The notes beneath the pieces were generated by a model. The model did not search any database. It saw only the letters and a program-made list of their open reading frames with translations, and had not been told where the DNA came from. A program made the translations under genes and the position numbers. This document shows, one piece after another, positions 56,181 through 64,000 of a DNA stretch of 64,000 nt. The DNA comes from Eledone cirrhosa. Lineage: Eukaryota. How positions within the stretch are numbered: the first letter of the stretch is position 1; each line of letters starts with the position of its first letter. Where the stretch lies: the NCBI GenBank assembly GCA_964016885.1, contig OZ024755.1, positions 868,001-932,000 of the forward strand, in the 5' to 3' direction.

Positions 56181-59100
56181 ATGAAATAAAGTGTCTTGCT
56201 CAAAGACACAATGGACTGAAGCAACATGAAATAAAGTGTCTTGCTCAAGGACACAATGGACTGAAGCAACGTGAAATAAAGTGTCTTGCTCAAGGACAGA
56301 GTGGACTGAAGCAACGTGAAATAAAGTGTCTTGCTCAAAGACACAATGGACTGAAGCAACATGAAATAAAGTGTCTTGCTCAAGGACAGAGTGGACTGAA
56401 GCAACATGAAATAAAGTGTCTTGCTCAAGGACAGAGTGGACTGAAGCAACATGAAATAAAGTGTCTTGCTCAAAGACAATGGACTGAAGCAACATGAAAT
56501 AAAGTGTCTTGCTCAAGGACAGAGTGGACTGAAGCAACATGAAATAAAGTGTCTTGCTCAAAGACAATGGACTGAAGCAACGTGAAATAAAGTGTCTTGC
56601 TCAAGGACAGAGTGGACTGAAGCAACGTGAAATAAAGTGTCTTGCTCAAGGACAATGGACTGAAGCAACGTAAAATAAAGTGTCTTGCTCAAGGACAGAG
56701 TGGACTGAAGCAACGTGAAATAAAGTGTCTCGCTCAAGGACAGAGTGGACTGAAGCAACGTGAAATAAAGTGTCTCGCTCAAGGACAGAGTGGACTGAAG
56801 CAACGTAAAATAAAGTGTCTTGCTGAAGGACACAATGGACTGAAGCAATGTGAAATAAAGTGTCTTGCTCAAGGACAGAGTGGACTGAAGCAACGTAAAA
56901 TAAAGTGTCTTGCTCAAGGACACAATGGACTGAAGCAACGTAAAATAAAGTGTCTTGCTCAAGGACACAATGGACTGAAGCAATGTGAAATAAAGTGTCT
57001 TGCTCAAGGACAGAGTGGACTGAAGCAACGTGAAATAAAGTGTCTTGCTCAAGGACAATGGACTGAAGCAACGTAAAATAAAGTGTCTTGCTCAAGGACA
57101 CAATGGACTGAAGCAACGTAAAATAAAGTGTCTTGCTCAAGGACACAATGGACTGAAGCAATGTGAAATAAAGTGTCTTGCTCAAGGACACAATGGACTG
57201 AAGCAACGTGAAATAAAGTGTCTTGCTCAAGGACACAATGGACTGAAGCAACGTGAAATAAAGTGTCTTGCTCAAGGACAGAGTGGACTGAAGCAACGTG
57301 AAATAAAGTGTCTTGCTCAAGGACAGAGTGGACTGAAGCAACGTGAAATAAAGTGTCTTGCTCAAGGACAATGGACTGAAGCAACGTGAAATAAAGTGTC
57401 TTGCTCAAGGACACAATGGACTGAAGCAACGTGAAATAAAGTGTCTTGCTCAAGGACACAATGGACTGAAGCAACGTGAAATAAAGTGTCTTGCTCAAAG
57501 ACAATGGACTGAAGCAACATGAAATAAAGTGTCTTGCTCAAGGACAGAGTGGACTGAAGCAACGTGAAATAAAGTGTCTTGCTCAAGGACAGAGTGGACT
57601 GAAGCAACATGAAATAAAGTGTCTTGCTCAAGGACAGAGTGGACTGAAGCAACATGAAATAAAGTGTCTTGCTCAAAGACAATGGACTGAAGCAACATGA
57701 AATAAAGTGTCTTGCTCAAGGACAGAGTGGACTGAAGCAACATGAAATAAAGTGTCTTGCTCAAAGACAATGGACTGAAGCAACGTGAAATAAAGTGTCT
57801 TGCTCAAGGACAATGGACTGAAGCAACGTAAAATAAAGTGTCTTGCTCAAGGACAGAGTGGACTGAAGCAACGTGAAATAAAGTGTCTTGCTCAAAGACA
57901 ATGGACTGAAGCAACATGAAATAAAGTGTCTTGCTCAAGGACAGAGTGGACTGAAGCAACATGAAATAAAGTGTCTTGCTCAAAGACAATGGACTGAAGC
58001 AACATGAAATAAAGTGTCTTGCTCAAGGACAGAGTGGACTGAAGCAACATGAAATAAAGTGTCTTGCTCAAAGACAATGGACTGAAGCAACGTAAAATAA
58101 AGTGTCTTGCTCAAGGACAGAGTGGACTGAAGCAACATGAAATAAAGTGTCTTGCTCAAAGACAATGGACTGAAGCAACATGAAATAAAGTGTCTTGCTC
58201 AAGGACAGAGTGGACTGAAGCAACGTGAAATAAAGTGTCTTGCTCAAGGACAATGGACTGAAGCAACGTAAAATAAAGTGTCTTGCTCAAGGACAGAGTG
58301 GACTGAAGCAACGTGAAATAAAGTGTCTCGCTCAAGGACAGAGTGGACTGAAGCAACGTAAAATAAAGTGTCTTGCTCAAGGACAATGGACTGAAGCAAC
58401 GTAAAATAAAGTGTCTTGCTCAAGGACACAATGGACTGAAGCAACGTAAAATAAAGTGTCTTGCTCAAGGACACAATGGACTGAAGCAATGTGAAATAAA
58501 GTGTCTTGCTCAAGGACAGAGTGGACTGAAGCAACGTAAAATAAAGTGTCTTGCTCAAGGACAATGGACTGAAGCAACGTAAAATAAAGTGTCTTGCTCA
58601 AGGACACAATGGACTGACGCAACGTAAAATAAAGTGTCTTGCTCAAGGACACAATGGACTGAAGCAACGTGAAATAAAGTGTCTTGCTCAAGGACAGAGT
58701 GGACTGAAGCAACGTGAAATAAAGTGTCTTGCTCAAGGACAATGGACTGAAGCAACGTGAAATAAAGTGTCTTGCTCAAGGACACAATGGACTGAAGCAA
58801 CGTGAAATAAAGTGTCTTGCTCAAGGACAGAGTGGACTGAAGCAACGTGAAATAAAGTGTCTTGCTCAAGGACAATGGACTGAAGCAACGTGAAATAAAG
58901 TGTCTTGCTCAAGGACACAATGGACTGAAGCAACGTAAAATAAAGTGTCTTGCTCAAGGACAATGGACTGAAACAACGTAAAATAAAGTGTCTTGCTCAA
59001 GGACAATGGACTGAAGCAACGTGAAATAAAGTGTCTTGCTCAAGGACAATGGACTGAAGCAGCGTAAAATAAAGTGTCTTGCTCAAGGACAATGGACTGA

Positions 59101-60210
59101 AGTAACGTAAAATAAAGTGTCTTGCTCAAGGACAATGGACTGAAGCAACGTAAAATAAAGTGTCTTGCTCAAGGACAATGGACTGAAGCAACGTGAAATA
59201 AAGTGTCTTGCTCAAGGACACAATGGACTGAAGCAACGTGAAATAAAGTGTCTTGCTCAAGGACACAATGGACTGAAGCAACGTGAAATAAAGTGTCTTG
59301 CTCAAGGACAATGGACTGAAGCAACGTAAAATAAAGTGTCTTGCTCAAGGACACAATGGACTGAAGCAACGTGAAATAAAGTGTCTTGCTCAAGGACAGA
59401 GTGGACTGAAGCAACGTGAAATAAAGTGTCTTGCTCAAGGACACAATGGACTGAAGCAACGTGAAATAAAGTGTCTTGCTCAAGGACAATGGACTGAAGC
59501 AACGTAAAATAAAGTGTCTTGCTCAAGGACACAATGGACTGAAGCAACGTGAAATAAAGTGTCTTGCTCAAGGACAGAGTGGACTGAAGCAACGTGAAAT
59601 AAAGTGTCTTGCTCAAGGACACAATGGACTGAAGCAACGTGAAATAAAGTGTCTTGCTCAAGGACAATGGACTGAAGCAACGTAAAATAAAGTGTCTTGC
59701 TCAAGGACACAATGGACTGAAGCAACGTGAAATAAAGTGTCTTGCTCAAGGACACAATGGACTGAAGCAACGTGAAATAAAGTGTCTTGCTCAAGGACAC
59801 AATGGACTGAAGCAACGTGAAATAAAGTGTCTTGCTCAAGGACAGAGTGGACTGAAGCAACGTGAAATAAAGTGTCTTGCTCAAGGACACAATGGACTGA
59901 AGCAACGTGAAATAAAGTGTCTTGCTCAAGGACAGAGTGAACTGAAGCAACGTGAAATAAAGTTTCTTGCTCAAGGACACAATGGACTGAAGCAACGTGA
60001 AATAAAGTGTCTTGCTCAAGGACAGAGTGAACTGAAGCAACGTGAAATAAAGTGTCTTGCTCAAGGACACAATGGACTGAAGCAACGTGAAATAAAGTGT
60101 CTTGCTCAAGGACAGAGTGGACTGAAGCAACGTGAAATAAAGTGTCTTGCTCAAGGACACAATGGACTGAAGCAACGTGAAATAAAGTGTCTTGCTCAAG
60201 GACAGAGTGG
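56181..60210. repeat. 4-kb satellite of 45/43-bp units (~90 copies), SINE-derived
   Basis: Unit GTGAAATAAAGTGTCTTGCTCAAGGAC(ACAA|AGAG|AA)TGGACTGAAGCAAC. It is the reverse complement of the SINE segment at about 44362-44405. Confidence 0.97.
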
Positions 60211-60361
60211 AATCAAACTTGTGACCTTGCAGTTGTTAGTTTAGTCTTGTCATGTATTGTCATTGATTTGGCCTGTGCATTACTACATTAATGGTACATG
60301 TCTGTGGAATACTCAGCCACATGCTTGTTTAACAAATAGATATGTTTAACTGCCAGAGAGA

Positions 60362-60414
<53 letters not shown>

Positions 60415-61604
60415 ACTCTTCTGTCTTGTCAAGGACATGACAACCTCTCTAGTGGTGCTGAGAAGATAAAATACACCCAGTAGACTCTGTAAAGTGGTTG
60501 GCATTAGGAAGAACTTCCAGCCATAGAAACCATGCCAAAATTTGGAACATATGAGCAAGTAGATGTTTTCCAACCCATGCCAGCCTGGAATAAAGACAGA
60601 ATGATGACTCACACTCATGTATATCCCAGTTAGAAGAGCTACATTGTATCCTGTTCTGAAAATATTTAGCAGTATTTTGTTGATTAAGCAATGGTTTAAG
60701 AAGTTCTACTTAGTAACATATTTTATTCAATCCTATCGGGGTTATCTAATAGGATTTGAAGTTAACAGCAGTGGGTAGGACGTGTAATTTAACCCTTTCG
60801 TTACCATAGTTCTTGAATAAAATTATGGTGGGAAGTCTTTCAATAAATATAAACACTTAACATGCTAAAAAAATAGTCTGGAGGCTCATTTGGTCAATGC
60901 TTATCCTAGTTTCTATGGCAACTGAGAGTAAAAGACTTCCCCCTGGACAAAGTGTCAGTCCATTGCAGTGTTAAATACCCAGCTATTGCTGCTACTTATT
61001 TTCAGCTGAGTATACTGGAATGATGTGAAATGAAGTGTTTTGTTCAAGAACACAACACACAACCTAGACCAGGATTTGATCGTAAGTCCAACACCCTAAA
61101 CACTAGACCACACTTTTCAACTTTTAAAATACACTGATATGTATTGTAGAAGCAGGGTTAGTTGCAGGCTCTTTGGTTTAGTAAACTCTAAGTTTAGACA
61201 TATGAAAATTGGTGATTATAGTTAAGGTAGATAGAAAGCGACAAAAGAAAAGTCAGGGGTATTTTGATGTGATTCAAAAGAATTAATTTGCTAGGAAAAC
61301 ATGTTTACAAAATAACATTTGGAGAAAATGCAATCATTCAGATAGATACATATAGCTCTTGGAAATTTGGAAAAAAAGGAATTAATATAAATGTTCGTTG
61401 CTTTTGGAAATTTACTTTTTGTCTCTTAATACAAGAATATAACTGGTTTCTCTTAGGGTGTTTACTGGGTTTACATTATTATAGAAAAGATATGTAAAAA
61501 TAAAAATATGCTTTATTGGGCAATTTTACAGTTAATTCCAATTATAAAATTTTAATAGAATGTTTTAAAATTTCTGAGTGCATTTATTTCCTTTATAAAA
61601 GGCA

Positions 61605-61850
61605 AGTGTAGTGTGATGTGTGTGGTGGTAGCTGTGTGTGTGTGTGGTGTGGTGGTGGTTGTGTGTGTGGTGTGATGGTTGTGTGTGTGTGGTGTGTAGT
61701 GTGGTGTGGTGTGGTGGTGGTTTTGTGTGTGTAGTGTGGTGGTGGTTTTGTGTAGTGTGGTGGTTGTGTGTGTAGTGTGGTGGTTGTGTGTGTGGTGTGG
61801 TGGTTGTGGCGTGAGTGTGGTGGTTGTGTAGTGTGTGGTGGTTGTATGTG
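61605..61850. repeat. (GT)/(GTG)-rich compound microsatellite
   Basis: Directly visible. Confidence 0.9.
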
Positions 61851-64000
61851 TTGATTAGTACCTCAGGTCATCCCTGATCAATCAGGATCAAAGGTATTCA
61901 TACATTAACAACCGTCTTTTTATTTATTTTTGTCAAGACTTGCACCCATCCCTCTTGATATCCCTCCCTCATTCTCTCTCTCCCCCTCCAAACATGTCAT
62001 ATATCTAAGTTCCTCCCTTTATTCCCAACCTCCAACATGTTTGCCATGGAATGTGGCAGTTTCTCTGGTGTTGGTGCTAACATAAAATGTACTCGGTTCA
62101 CTCTGTCAAGTAACTGACATTCCACTGGTAACAATATAGGGTGGGAAGAGCTCTTCACTCTCTCTCTGGTGCTGGTGTCAACATAAAATGCACCCAGTTT
62201 ATTCTGCAAATTAGTTAATTTTAGAAAGACATCCAGCTGTAGAACCCATGCTAAACAAAGGTTTGAGAGGATTGTTGAGTCACATCAAAAGCATGACAAC
62301 CTTCCTAGTGTTAGTACCACCATAAAACAGCCATCCAGTTCAGAATAGCTACACTGTATCTCTGTATGTCATAAGTTGTGATTGAAAGGGTTAGTACTTG
62401 GAAGGACATCCGGCTGTAAAACATTTGTTATTGAAAGGACCTCACAATGAGAACAGGGCTGAGGTTCTTGGGGCTCATCAGGCAAATCCCTTCTTGAGAA
62501 GAAAAAATGGCCTTAAAATGCTTAATGTGTGTACCTGGTATAACAGATAATTTTTAAAAGGTGTAATATTCACCTCCAAAGTGAAAATATTTTATCACCT
62601 CATCTGCTAGAATTTTAAAGTTGGTGAAAATTGGCAAAATATTGACCTTGAATATAAGCTCTTTCCCCATTTTACCATTGTTATATTTTTTTGTCACATA
62701 TTTCTCAGCTTATATACAGAGCATATACAGTAATTCTTGCTACAATTGAAGGTTTAGGTTAGAAAATACTTGGAATAAAATATTTCTGATTGATTTACCT
62801 TAATTGGTTCAGAAAATGAAATAGAAAGAACTTGAGAAGACAATTCTGAAGAGTTAGTGATGCCAATATAGTAAAAGTGAATCTGATAGTGTTGACCTTA
62901 GATATATCTTGATCAACGGATTAAAGTTTATCTTGTTTCTAGATTAAACAGAATTATATGAAATATTTGAGTTGAGATAACATTTATTCAACTTTTATCT
63001 AAATTTAATATTAATCAGTCAACTGGAATATATCAGAAAATATATTCTTTTTCTTTTTCAACTGGTTCTGAGTTCAAATTCAGCCGAGGTTAACTTTGCT
63101 TTTCATCCTTACGAGTTGATAAAATAAAGTACCAGTAATTCACTGGAGTCGGTTTAATCAACTTTCCTCTTCTCTCCCCAAATTGTTGTCCTTTGTGCTT
63201 AAATCAGAAACCATTCATTTTTTTACTAGTTTCAGTCCTTAGACTGTGCTTCACAAACAAAAAGATGTAATGTTATACAACCTTAAGATTTTTTTTTCAA
63301 AGTTTAGTTTATCAAATAAACTAAATTTTACATTTTTCTATATAACAACAGTTGTAGGAATCTTAAGACCTTGTTGACAATAGTTTTAAAAGTACTTTCC
63401 CTTCCTACTCAATATTCTTTACTTATGTAATTTTGTTTTCTACCAATGTAATTTTTCTAGAAATGTTATTTAAGTCCACTTACTCTGACTGTATGTATCA
63501 TTAGTTTATACTTTGTGTTATTCTCTGATCTGCTGCTTTCAACCATTTTTTTGTCAGGGCATGTCCCCTACCTTTTCTCATTGACAGGTATTTCCTGTAT
63601 TTTTACATTGTTTTCAATGTCTTCCACATATTCTCCCTATCCCTTAGTCTTGGTAGGTTTCTCCTTATATTCTCCTTCTTCCTTTCAGCTTATATTAATG
63701 AATGATAATTCTCCTTTCTATTGGAGTAATTTTCTTTAAAGTTAGTTTATCTTCCTCTAACGACAACTGTTGAAATAGCAACACACTGCAGTAATGTTAA
63801 TCTGTCTTAAGCCATTAGAAACACTTTCTCCTTTCTTTATTACTAAAGACACCATTAATGCCAAGAAAAATGTGGTTCTCAAGTAATTACTATACTATGA
63901 AACAAATCAAAATTTTTCTTAACACTTTCAGTTTTAGTGCCTGAGTTATTTTGGCAGTTTAACTACCCCCAAGTTAGGATTGCATTTTATGAAAAATTTC

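Noticed and set aside
56181-60210. CRISPR-like array or repetitive protein (EIKCLAQG.../LSKTLYFTLLQS...)
   Set aside because: No unique spacers (only three recurring variants), no cas genes, eukaryotic context, frameshifting 43-bp units, and the unit matches a SINE.

Overview
AT-rich, microsatellite- and retroelement-laden eukaryotic genomic DNA. The SINE/LINE repertoire and density of (TA)n tracts suggest a cephalopod such as Octopus (inference, not proven). Two complete spliced genes can be reconstructed by hand with GT-AG introns and consistent phases: LACTB2 (minus strand, 7 coding exons, 16023-23519, 292 aa) and ADP-dependent glucokinase ADPGK (plus strand, 5 coding exons, 24234-33290, 482 aa). 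They lie head-to-head about 0.7 kb apart. There are also two candidate alternative terminal exons of an unidentified plus-strand gene (10820-11440) and an isolated coding-like exon of another unidentified gene (41623-41729). The rest is (TA)n arrays, CR1 and RTE LINE fragments, tRNA-derived SINEs, a non-autonomous Helitron, Tc1/mariner-type MITEs and a 4-kb SINE-derived 45/43-bp satellite. The most notable signal is a dispersed family of hammerhead-ribozyme-bearing elements, probably Penelope-like. Two complete type-I hammerheads sit in the arms of a ~645-bp inverted repeat, and several short palindromes consist of two head-to-head hammerhead 3' halves whose symmetry axis is the putative stem II, which suggests fold-back self-priming during reverse transcription. 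Nearly all long ORFs in the supplied track (YIYI..., LQSIVSLSKT...) are repeat artefacts.
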